This document shows positions 1 to 10,393 of a DNA stretch of 64,000 nt, one piece after another. Source of the DNA: Mobula hypostoma (lineage: Eukaryota); assembly GCF_963921235.1 (NCBI RefSeq), contig NC_086097.1, forward strand, positions 128,156,001-128,220,000, given 5' to 3'. The notes beneath the pieces are model-generated. The model searched no databases and had not been told where the DNA came from. It was given only the letters and a program-made list of their open reading frames with translations. The position numbers were made by a program, and so were the translations under genes. The first letter of the stretch is position 1. Each line of letters starts with the position of its first letter.

Positions 1-379
1 CATTTCTGGCATCTCCAAGCCTGTATGCTTGAAACCGCAGGGAGCAAAACGATGCTGAATTGTCATACTGCTTTCTTCTCACCAACAATCAGTGACAAAA
101 GTCACTGCTTTTTGAACACAAACACATGCAACTGATGCTATTTAAAATCTGTTCACTTTAAGTACAGTATAGTGTCTGACAGCCACAGCAAGCGCTTGCG
201 ACGCATGCTATTGAGAAACTTTTTGGTAACGGTCGCCTGTCCGAATTAAGGGGAGTAGTGACCCAAGTAATTGAAGGGAATCCCAGGTAATTTTTTGATT
301 AATTTTGTTCTTTAAGAGTTGCCCTAATTAAAGGGTTGCCATGATTAACCGATGGCCCAATTGACCAGAGCCCACTGTA
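1..379. mobile_element. Terminal part of a TcMar/Tigger-like DNA transposon remnant
   Basis: Ends ...GGCCCAATTGACCAGAGCCCACTG-TA; reverse complement is TA-CAGTGG..., the typical Tigger terminus with TA target site. The other end is outside the window. Confidence 0.5.
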
Positions 380-1405
380 TTTGCAAGTGAACAAGCTTTG
401 ATTGCGAAAAGGCAATCTCTTCCATCCCATCCACTCCTTTAGCATTCTTGTTAATCACTAACTCAGACCCCCGCGAATGCAAACCACAAGCATCATCAAT
501 GATGCAAATATAAACTAGCTTTACATATTGGATTTCCTGTTATTCAGTAGAGTGAAGATCTTTCCCTAAACCCAAAGCAGAATGGGATGTGGGAGGGAAA
601 GAGATTAATTCTTTGTCAAGAGCTCCTTGAAGATTTAATTGGATCCTGTCTCTATCAATGCACAAAAGGAATATTTGTTAACACTTTTTTATTTTTGAAA
701 ATCTAATTTCTGCATCCTGGTAGCTGGTCAGGGGCTGAAATAGAATTTGTCTTCAGTTTTATTTTCTTCACAGAGGAGAAACAGAGGATAAGTACTTTTT
801 AAAAACCCCATAAAGCAAAATGTTTCATGGAAAATGGGAGAAGAAGCCACACAAACATTAACCTGACCAAAGTACAAATGTGCAGGAGAAATGTAACTAT
901 GTAGTCTCACTTGTTTTTAATTTTGGAAAATGCATTGTCCACTTAAAATGTTTCAAATTCTTGACAAAGTGCTAGCGCTGAAGTATCCATTATTGTATTT
1001 AAAGTTTTCAATTAAATGATCCATCAAACTTGGCAGAATTTTCAGAGAAGCATAGGCGTGAATGCATTAAGGATGCATTTGAGAAGTGGGCTTTGAGAGA
1101 CATGCCCACGAGCGTGGCTTGATAATCCTCTTTATGCTACTGGGAAGGATACAATGCCGATTATGTTTCGTGTTTATGCAGTATTAATAGTGGGATCTTA
1201 ATGCAATATGTGACCTTGATTTCTGTGGAGGAAAATTAGACTTAAACGATATTTTGATCCACTGGGACTATTCTATACTTTTTTCCTTGCTTGTCTGGAC
1301 ACTGTAAAGCTTGCATCTTTTCTGGGAATTCCGGAATAAAATGACTGTTATTTATCATTACAAACCTCTTTATCATTTAGTCAATAAAAGGCTTTTTTTT
1401 TGCAG

Positions 1406-1470
1406 AGCGAACTCAAGAGTCAGAAATCTGTATTAGTCTCCTTTGGCCCGAAGGCAGGAGATGTCAAAAG
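1406..1470 (+). other. Candidate 65-nt exon
   Basis: gcttttttttttgcAG | AGCGAAC...CAAAAG | GTAAAT in a repeat-free island; two open frames. Confidence 0.3.
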
Positions 1471-2234
1471 GTAAATCATGATCAGCCTTGGCTTTCTGGC
1501 TAAATTGTGTATGAAGGCCTCAGGGTAAAGGTGCACATGCTCATTACTTGAGACAGAAAAGAGAAGTTCACACACAGAGACGCACATATGCAGCTGGCAA
1601 TATTAGATATGAAACAATTCAGCTTCAGACAACTTGATTCCATTTGTTTCACGGATTAACACACAATGTGACTTTCAAGGGTAGGGGGTTTAACTCTGCA
1701 TAATACACCCTTTGAAGTTTATCAAGAAGGCTTGGAAACAATTTAACAGTCAAATAGCCCCAACAAAGTGGAAAAGAAATGATATTCTTTCGGTTTTGTA
1801 GTATTCTGCTCCCAAACCGAAACCATTTTCACACTCGGAGCCTCATGTGTTTTCTCTTTTGTTTTAGTTTGGTTTATTTATACCTTTGCAAACCCTTAAT
1901 TTTCTACTTTTCTTATTTTTCAGGAGCAGAAAAGTAAACCAAATCGTGTTCTAATTTTTTTTCAAGTGCACACGTTACCGACCTACAGTATTAAACGCTC
2001 AGCCACTTTATGGCTCCTTTTAAAATGACAAAGAAATTGCAGAATGATCCCTAAAAGAGCTCAGAGAAACTAGATTTTCCATGGTACGGCACAACTTGCA
2101 TTTTGTTAGCACTTTTAAACAGTATAATTCCCTTCACAGGGGCCTTCTCATACAAATATTTGATTCTGCGCCACATAAACAGAGATCAGCAAAAATAACC
2201 AAAATTCTGCACAGTAGATAGGTTTTATGGAGTA

Positions 2235-2372
2235 GCAAACAATCTCCCACAGGATCCCAGCAGCTCGAGCAGCATCTGTGGTGGTTGAAGAAATTGTTAA
2301 TGTTTTGGGTTGAAACCCTGCAGCAGGACTCTATGTTATCTGTGGCCCCAGATTCCAGCATCTGCTGTCTCT
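2235..2372 (-). mobile_element. Old Penelope-like terminal-repeat remnant
   Basis: Similar to the family motif CAGCAGG..CAGCATCT...GAAACCCT..ATCAGGACT and to CCAGCATCTGC seen in better copies (23142, 59890). Confidence 0.5.
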
Positions 2373-2473
2373 TTTGTCTTAAGGGAAGCAGCATGTGCAG
2401 AGGGAAGGAAATGTAATAGGTAGTTGGGGGGGGGAGAGGTCAGTTTTCTAGAGCTTACAGCCCAAGCAATTGT

Positions 2474-2805
2474 GGGCGGTACAGTGGTACTGCCCACTGC
2501 CTCATTACGCTAGAGTCACGGGTTCAATCCTGACTTCAAATGCTGTCAGTACGGAGTTTGCACTGACTGCAGTTTGTTTTTTTCATATGTCCCAGTTTCC
2601 TCCTGCTTCTCAAAGGTAGGTGGTTTAGTAGCTGCTGTGAAGTGACCATAGGAGGGTGTGTAGCTGATAGGTAGAATCTGGGGAGAGTTGATGGAAATAC
2701 AGGGAGAAGAAAACAATGGACTAAAGTAGGATTAGTATGTGATTGATGGTCATTGTGAACTCTGTAGGCCCAAGGGCATGCTTCCATGCTCTATCTCTCT
2801 ACGAC
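2474..2805 (+). mobile_element. tRNA-derived V-SINE (HE1-like)
   Basis: B-box GGTTCAATCC, V-domain-like GGAGTTTGCA..CAGTTTCCTCC..CAAAG, CR1-like tail. Confidence 0.6.
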
Positions 2806-2807
2806 TC

Positions 2808-3468
2808 AGGCAACTTTCTACAAATGTACAACGAAGAGCAGTCTAACTGGCTGCATCACTGTCTGCTATGGTGGGGGTGGGGGGGGGGAGTGGAGGGGTG
2901 GTGCTGCTGCAGAGGAGCACCACCCTCAGTGGTAAACCTAGTCAGCTCCGTCTTGAGCACTCACATCCGTAGTATCCAGGACATCTTCAAGGAGTGATGA
3001 CTCAAAAATCCGACACCCATCATTAAAGAGCCCCATCACCCTTTTCTCATTGCAACCATCAGGAAGGAGGTACAGAAGCTTGAAGGCACAACAAATTCAG
3101 CAGCAACACACATCAAAGTTGCTGGTGAACGCAGCAGGCCAGGCAGCATCTCTAGGAAGAGATACAGTTGATGTTTTCCTCGAGGAATCCGCAGAATTCC
3201 TCGTGAATACATTTTTAAATTCAGCAGCAGCTCCTTCCCCTCTGCCATCCAATTTCTGAATGGACATTGTACCCATGAACACTACCTCACTGCTTCTTTT
3301 ATTTTTATTTTTGCACTAATTACTTAATTTAACTATTTAATATATATAAGTACTTACTATGATTCACATTTTTTCCTCTGTTATGCATTGCATTTTGCTG
3401 CTGCCGCAAAGGCAACAAATTTCACGACATATGCTGGTGTAACTAAACCTAATTCTGATTCTGATTCT
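2808..3468 (+). mobile_element. Rex1/Babar LINE 3' fragment, interrupted by a Penelope-like insertion
   Basis: AACTTTCTACAAATGTACA..GAGCAGTCTAACTGGCTGCATCAC (NFY.C..ES.LTGCIT-like); tail CTGATTCTGATTCT. Confidence 0.65.
3106..3216 (-). mobile_element. Short Penelope-like terminal-repeat insertion with 13-bp TSD
   Basis: AAATTCAGCAGCA at 3093-3105 and 3217-3229; body matches 55963-56114. Confidence 0.75.
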
Positions 3469-4224
3469 AGCTATTCATGCAAATAAGGCAGCAACTAAAT
3501 TGGAGGAATGAAAAGGAGCAGAGGTACCTCAAAATTTGGCAGTGAGGAAATTATGGATGGGTATTTGAAAATATTAAAATTAAAATTGTTATTTACCTGA
3601 AAGCTTATACATAGAGAGAAAACATTGCACATGTTAAATGAAAGAAAGCTAATAATTTGGAGACTTCCCTCTCCTCCTACTACCAATGCACACACTCTCT
3701 GTGGCTCAAAGAGCAGTCATTTTCTTTAACTGATGCAAATGTCAAGCCTAATTAGTGACAAATTAAAGACTCCAGTGATTTTCCTGTCAGTTGATACAAG
3801 CCAGTGATTGGCAGGGCACCAACTCTCCTTGAGCTGTTTTACATTTATTTACTTTTATGGCACAGAAGAATCAAAGCCACGGTGTTTTTGTCTGCACAGA
3901 GAACAGCACAATGGATAGTGGCAGGGCCTTTGCATTTAGCACCTTGTTAGATTCACTGTTTTATATCAGAGGTTGTGCCCTAGTGTTCCATTGAATAGCC
4001 TCACTGGAAATTACACAGTTAACTCACAATTATAAATCTCCAACTAAAACACTCCACACCACCTCAAATCATCATTAAGTTTGCTTATTTACTTACATCA
4101 CAAACGGAAACCCAGTACCAGTACATTGACAGTCACAATAAGTATGTTCTTAGTTATGCTGTCTGTTATTGAAAATGGGAGAACATCACGTTTTTAGAAA
4201 TCATGTATTTTTTAGGCCATCCTG

Positions 4225-4390
4225 AGCTCTCTGTTGCAGACCATTTCAGCTTCCCTTCCCATTTCCACCCTAACCTGTTTGTCCTCAGATCTCTCCACTG
4301 CCAGAATGGAGGCCAACACAATCTCAAGGAACAGCACCTTATAGTCTGCATCCCAATAGCATGAATGCTGAATTTTCCAATTTCAGGCAA
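4225..4390 (+). mobile_element. Decayed Penelope-like GIY-YIG C-terminal remnant
   Basis: CCATTTCAGC..GAGGCCAACACAATCTCAAGGAACAGCACCTTATA..GCATGAATGCTGAATTTTCCAA parallels 22815-22925 and 54320-54480. Confidence 0.5.
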
Positions 4391-4469
4391 CCCATATCTC
4401 CTATCCCCCACCCCTCCCTCTCTCTGATTCAACTTCGGTCCTCCCATTTTTGTCCATTTACCTACTGCT

Positions 4470-5060
4470 ATGATGATGGCTGGTTCTTCACTTGCGAAGA
4501 TCAGGAGGGAAGAAGTGTTCCTGGGAGTGATGGCACAATCACTGGTGACTGTAGAGACACCCCTTCTCCATCACTGCAGGATTTTTTTTCTTCCCGCCTG
4601 CACCACGTAGGTTTATAGTGAGGATCAGTGCCTGCAGACCGATTCCACTCTTTAGGCTGGGGGACGTTCCACAATGGCACAGCAAACTGCGATGACTGCG
4701 GTGACCGCAAGGCTATAGGTTGAATATTGGAGTTTTCCTTCTCCTTGACAGACTGCCTGGCAAGGCTAACCAGTCCCATCTCCCGGATTTGGGAATCGGA
4801 GTTGTCCTTTTCCTAGGCTGGCTGCCAACGAAGGCTAACGAGCCCAGCCCACTCGCACCATTATCGCTGAATACTGCACGTAGCAAACTCAGGGACACCA
4901 CGTGAAGGTATTGCTATGGTCACAGTAGTGTAGGAGAGGTCATATGCGAGTGATCTCCTGCATGGCAAGCCAAACAGTGGTCCTGTGGTGATCACTACAC
5001 CTGGAAATGAGAGGCTATGGGCTGGACATCCTTAAGTGACCAGGATGTCCAGCCCAGGAC
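4470..5060 (-). mobile_element. Non-autonomous (bipartite) RTE-derived element
   Basis: (CAT)n tail; about 45 bp of 3' end nearly identical to the RTE at 7413; two tandem copies of the RTE 5'-UTR-type motif GGCAG..AGGAGAAGGAAAACTCC; no RT coding sequence. Confidence 0.6.
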
Positions 5061-5384
5061 TTGCCCATCCCCATTCACCTACTAATCATATATTTATTCA
5101 CTGATTACACCCCCTACCCTGAATGCCAATCTGATGCCACCTGCCCTCTGACTTATCCCCTAATGGTTCCCCATATCACTGTTCTTACATTTCAGATTGC
5201 AGCCGTAGTAACCTTTGTGTCCTTGCTTATCACACTTCTAGCTGTCTCCTTCATCCTTCATCCTCCTCTCCCCCACCTCTGTACCTCTGGTTTTTCCCTT
5301 TGCGCTTCGAACTCTCACCCATCTAACTCTATCTTCCAGTTCCACCACTCTCCCAACCTTACCTAGGTCCATCTGCCCATCAAG

Positions 5385-5604
5385 CTGGAAAGGGCAAGCA
5401 CCTTCAAATTCCTGGGCTTCAATGTCTCAGAGGAACTATCATGGTCCCAATACATTGATGCAATCATGAAGAAGGAGCACCAGCGACCCTCACCAATTTT
5501 TATAGGAAGCTTCTCATTATTACCATCAGAGAGGCAGTGCAGGAGCCCAAAAATGCACACTTTTTTAAAAACAAGAGAAAATCTGTAGATGCCGGAAATC
5601 CAAG

Positions 5605-5646
<42 letters not shown>

Positions 5647-5935
5647 CTAGAGAAACTCAGCAGCTCAGTCAAGAATATAGCCAATGTTTTGGACCAAAAC
5701 CCTTCAGCAGGACTGCCTTTTTAAGGAAGCTTCTTCCCCTCTTTCATCCAATTTCCGAACAGTGCCTGAACTCATGAACATTACCTTGCTAGACCTCTTT
5801 TACGTGATTAACTTATTTATTTTTGTTGTAACATACCAATTATTTTTCTTTTTTATGTCTTGCACTGTGCAACTGCTACAAGACAACATATTTCACAACA
5901 TGTTGTTGGTAATAAACCAGATTCTGATTCTGAAC
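5385..5935 (+). mobile_element. Rex1/Babar LINE 3' fragment, interrupted at about 5565-5715
   Basis: TTCAAATTCCTGGGCTTCAATGTCTCAGAGGAACTATCATGG (FKFLG.N.SE.LSW); tail AATAAACCAGATTCTGATTCTGA. Confidence 0.6.
5565..5715 (-). mobile_element. Penelope-like terminal repeat with expanded (CA)n and degenerate hammerhead motif
   Basis: Reverse complement CAGTC CTGCTGA AGGGTTTTGGTCC AAAA CATT GGCT; (CA)n at about 5608-5641. Confidence 0.6.
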
Positions 5936-5952
5936 GTTTGAACCTTGGGGAG

Positions 5953-6071
5953 GAACATAGACTAGTACAGCACAGTACAGGCCCTTTGGCCCACAATGTT
6001 GTGCCGACCCTCAAACCCTGCTCCCATATAACCCCCCGCATCTTAAATTCCTCCAAATACCTGTCTAGTAG
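5953..6071 (-). mobile_element. CR1 3'-UTR fragment
   Basis: GAACATAG..TACAGCACAGTACAGGCCCTTTGGCCCACAATGTTGTGCCG is the antisense of the CR1 tail at 20640-20710. Confidence 0.65.
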
Positions 6072-6203
6072 CCAGTCCTGAGGAAGGGTCTTGGCCCGAA
6101 GCATTTACTGTTCGTTTCCACAGATGCTGCCCGACATGCTGAGTTCCTCCAGCGTGTTGTGCGTGTTGCTTTGATCCCAGCATCTGCAGAGTATTTTGTG
6201 TTT
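6072..6203 (+). mobile_element. Penelope-like terminal repeat starting at the hammerhead motif
   Basis: CAGTC CTGAGGA AGGGTCTTGGCCC GAAG CATT TACTG, then GATGCTGCC..GCTGAGTTCCTCCAGC. Confidence 0.7.
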
Positions 6204-7412
6204 CCAGTTTAGAATATTGTAAGAATGTGTTGTATTGTCAGTATGGTCAGAAGTAAAGTCTATACATGCCTGCAGAAAACAGCTTGTAAAGTAGCTTCTA
6301 AAATCAGCCTCCCTTTATGGCATTATAGCTTTGAACAATGTTTTAATGCACTAATCATCAGGTATGCAATGAACTTACACTACCATTACCAAGCTTCTGA
6401 ATGCAGCAAAATAATCACACATTCATCTGTTAATGTTAATGAACAGGTAGCCAATAGGACACAAAGAGACCTCCACACTGAATTCCCGAAAATAGGCTAC
6501 CAATGTGCAAAGTTCAGTGTGACTAATTGACAACATCCACACCATTGTGTAAATGTCTCTATTGGTTCTTTCTAATGGAATACAGGTTAAGATCAAGGAA
6601 GTGGCCCAAAACAGATCAACAATCTTCTTCAAGAGAAATTGTTATGGATGATAATATTTGGAAATTGTTTGATTTGAATTCTTCTTTTCCAATGAAATCA
6701 ATTTCCCTTAGAATTCAGAAAGCAGGGGATATCAATTTAACATGTTTCACGGAAGGCTTAGAGAAGAAAATTGAAGAAAAATACTTTCACCCAAAGAATG
6801 GTGGGTGTTTTCATGGACAGGATGGGAGGGAGAATCCTTTGTTACATTTCAAGAGTTGATGTGAGCATTTAATATGCAACAACTTACAAATGGCTTGTGA
6901 ACCAAGAGCTGAAAAGTTGAATTCAGCAGAATAGAACTTCAACACGAACGTAATAATCTGAATAGGCTCCCTTGAACCTCAGATTCTGCTGATTATGTAA
7001 TGCAAATATTATGAAATGCCATGAGATTTTTAGTGATCCCATGTTGTCTGTGAGCTAGCACTGACAACCTGGTCCTTGAACGGCTTCCTTCTGTACTGCA
7101 TCATTCCCAGCTTCTAAATCAAATATATATTATTTTGCTGTTCCCAACATTTTAACTCAGATATAGAAATCGCTCCAGCCCAGTTAAATTTTCCATAATA
7201 TTTTAACTTTTATTTATAGGGTGTGGACATTAACAGCTTTTATTGTCCATCCCTAACTTCTTCAAAATTGAAGAGACCACTACTGGCTTGGAATAACATG
7301 AACCAAAAAGAAAAGGTAAGGATAGTAGATCTTTATCACACTGATGATCTACAACTGATTGCTTCATAGTTACCCTTATTGCTTCCTAGTTTTATATATA
7401 TATATATATCTT

Positions 7413-8150
7413 ATGGCTGGTTCTTCACTTGTGAAGATCAGGAGGGAAGAAGAGCATTCCTCAAAATTCTTGGCTGCTCCGTGGATCAGTGTTCTCCAGT
7501 GGTCTTTGTCACAAGCCAGGTGCTGCCACTTGTTGACCTTGATATTTGCTGAGAGGGCTGCTGCTTAAGTTGGTCTTTGTACCTCTTGCGCAGGGCACCA
7601 CGATCTCTCCTGCCCTGAGAGAGTTCTCCGTAAAGTACTCTTTCAGTTACTGGAGATGTCCGTGCGAGACACGTGGTCTGACCAGCAGAGCTGCTTGAAT
7701 GGCAAGGTGGCTGCAATACTTGGAAGTAGAGCCTTCTCCGAGATCTCGTTGTCAGAGACACAATCACAGAGGATGTGCTACAGGCTCTAGTCACCCAGTT
7801 TGCCAATGCTGTAAGGGTTTTTGGATTAATGATCAGTCTAAAGTAAACAATGTTCCTCCATCAGAAGCCACCTCTTGGCATTTACAACTTGGATTGACAA
7901 CCACCCTCTCACTATGGTTTAGCCGGTTCACTTACCAGAACAGCATCATCTCCAACAATGCTACAGTAGTAAGACACATTGACAATCAGCTCGTCAGAGC
8001 CAGCAGGCCCTTTGGGTGCCTCCAGAAATGTGTGTGGAAGAACCACTAGCTGTGCCTGTTCACAAAGTCCAGGTGTACAGGGCTGCTGTCGTCACAACAC
8101 TGGCACGTGGCTCCAAAGCCTGGGTCTTGTACCGCCTTGAACATCTAGCG
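7413..8150. mobile_element. RTE-BovB-like LINE fragment with inversion (3' part on -, RT part on +)
   Basis: Minus: RVLYGELSQGRRDRGALRKRYKDQLK. Plus: FTYQNSIISNNATVVRHIDNQLVRASRPFGCLQKCVWKNH. Both are RTE ORF motifs. Confidence 0.75.
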
Positions 8151-8964
8151 TGGTAGCATTGGAACTACAGTGTATACCTGGATCCATGCCTCCCGTTGCT
8201 ATACAAGCAAAGTCACCAAGCTATTAATTCCATATCTTCAAAGCAGTTTACAGTCAATTTACCTCAGTAGTCATGGTGGCAGCCCTATTCCAATGTATTA
8301 CCATTGCTGGGTTAAGAGTAAAAATATAAAACAGTTAGTTATTTATGGCTCAGCAGATCATTTTTGAAAGTCACATATCATCTGTATACTCCAATGGTGT
8401 GGGAAAGAAGGATGTGCTGTGACATTGGGAATTTCTGTCTAATCTTCTTCTGATTACTCCTGATGGGAGTGGTGTTAATACTTTGTTTATGTAGAGTAGA
8501 ACGCTTCACTCTTCACTGGAAAACAGTGCTTATCTTTAATCTCTTTGCTGTGGTAGTTCAAAAGATTATCCTCCTATATCTTATGGCCTTATGATTTTAT
8601 AGTTATCAATGTCTCCGTGTAGCCATGGTATAATGGCAATGCCCCCGACTGTATGGATAGATGATGCCTGGAGCTGTGGTTTAGTGCTTCTGATTTAGAG
8701 ATGGATGCCTCTATCTATGGTATAGTTGCTGAGATCTCAATGAGGCCTTGCTGTCTTTCTCTTTGGTGAGGCTGGCTCAAGATGTGTCATGGAGAGAATG
8801 GATAGGGAAATATAAGGCCTTGCAAATTAAATGCAGAACATATTAGTCTTGAATCAGCAACGTTAACCATCGTGCTACAATAACGTGTGGGGAGGACTTT
8901 TGTTCATATGCATTTTGGAAACAGAAGCAACATTCTCCAATTGATTTCCTCTTCTTTGTAGTTA

Positions 8965-9570
8965 AAGGATATAGGAAACAGAGGAAGGAGTGGGCCATAA
9001 GGCTTCCTGAGCACACTCTGCTATTCAATAAGATCATGACTAATCTGACTTTGGCTTCAACGTGACATTCCTACCTTTGATTCAAAGACTTGCATGTATC
9101 AGCCATCAGCTAGCCTACTGACACAACTTCCACATTTTTCCTTGAGATAAAGAATCCAAGAGATTCACATCAGAAGGTCCTCCTCATCTTGGTCTTCAGT
9201 GGAAGCTCTTTTCTTGAAACTGTAGCTTGCAGTTCCAATCTCTCCTGTGAGAGAAAACATCCTCTCAGAATCTACCCTATCAAGCTTCCTCAGGACACTG
9301 TATGTTTCAGAAATCTCAACCTTTCAATCTTCTTAACTCCGAAAAGCTTGGTTACTTGTTTATAGAAAGTACCTGGAATATATTGAACAAATTTTCATAT
9401 CTCCAAGGTTAGTGTAATCATCTTTAAGTACCATATCCAAAACTAGAAATGCAGTACTCAAAGTTTGATCACACCAATGTCCAATGCAAATGCAACAATA
9501 TTTCTTTATTATTATTCTCCAGAGTGAGACTTGCTTTTCCAATTACTTGCTCTACCTGCATGCTAACTCC
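8965..9570 (-). mobile_element. Old CR1 LINE 3' fragment
   Basis: Antisense CR1 tail (GGAGTGGGCCAT..CTCTGCTATTCAATAAGATCATG) and CCAAAAC..CAGTACTC (EYC.QFW-like). Confidence 0.6.
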
Positions 9571-9629
9571 GATGATGCTTCTCTCAAATTGGACTGCCCA
9601 TGACCCATTAAGTTTGGTACCCTCCTGAT

Positions 9630-9895
9630 ACGGATGAGCAATGGTAAAGGTAATAGAGCTGCTGTTTGAGAAACCCAGGATCCTAGGTTCAATCCTGACC
9701 TCAGATGCTATTCACTGCATGATGAGTCTGTCTGTTCGCCATGTGCTGCCGGGGCTTTCTCCAGAAACTTCAGTTTCCTTCCATATTCCAAAAACATGCA
9801 GGACAATTGGCTGCTGTAAATTCACCCTGGTGTGCAGGTGAGTGTAGAATCTGGTGGGAGAATGTGGAGAGAATAAAATGATATTAGCATAAAAT
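9630..9895 (+). mobile_element. tRNA-derived V-SINE
   Basis: B-box GGTTCAATCC; CAGTTTCCTTCCATATTCCAAAAACATGCAGG V-domain. Confidence 0.6.
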
Positions 9896-10131
9896 GATAT
9901 ATTGTGCCGTTTCACTCTATACATCTATGGCTATGTTGCCACTAAAGTGCAGCTATTAAGTACCTGGAAAGCATGCAGACATTCATAAAAATAGTTTTTT
10001 TTTGTAAAGCGATTGCTTTTCACCAATGCACGGGTTGATACTTATTGTTAACTCTTAGGTGTGACTTACTGTACATTATGCGTTATTTTTTCAGTCATGT
10101 AAATATCGAAGGAGTGATGTTAACTTTTGTT

Positions 10132-10393
10132 GGGGCAGCATGGTAGCATAATGGTTAGCACAACACTTAACTGTACCAGGGGCCCGGGTTCAATTCCCGT
10201 CGCTGCCTGTAAGAGTTCGTACTTTCTCACCATGACCATGTGGGTTTTCTTCCACGGTCCAAAGACGAACAGTTTGGTAGGTTGATTGGTCATTGTAAAA
10301 TGCCCTCTGTTTAGGCCAAGATTAAATTGGGGATTACTGCACGGTGCAGCTGAAGGGCCGGAAGTGCTGTACGTCAATAAATAAATAAATAAA
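10132..10393 (+). mobile_element. tRNA-derived V-SINE with (AATA)n tail
   Basis: A-box TAGCATAATGG, B-box GGTTCAATTCC, V-domain, (AATA)n end. Confidence 0.7.

Noticed and set aside
3590..3630. Recursive splice site (tttcAG/GTAAAT on the minus strand; similar on + at about 58122)
   Set aside because: The motif is expected by chance in AT-rich DNA and the transcribed strand is unknown
10132..10215. tRNA genes at A/B-box motifs (also 2474, 9630, 12130, 48855)
   Set aside because: SINE heads continuing into V-domain bodies; no complete cloverleaf
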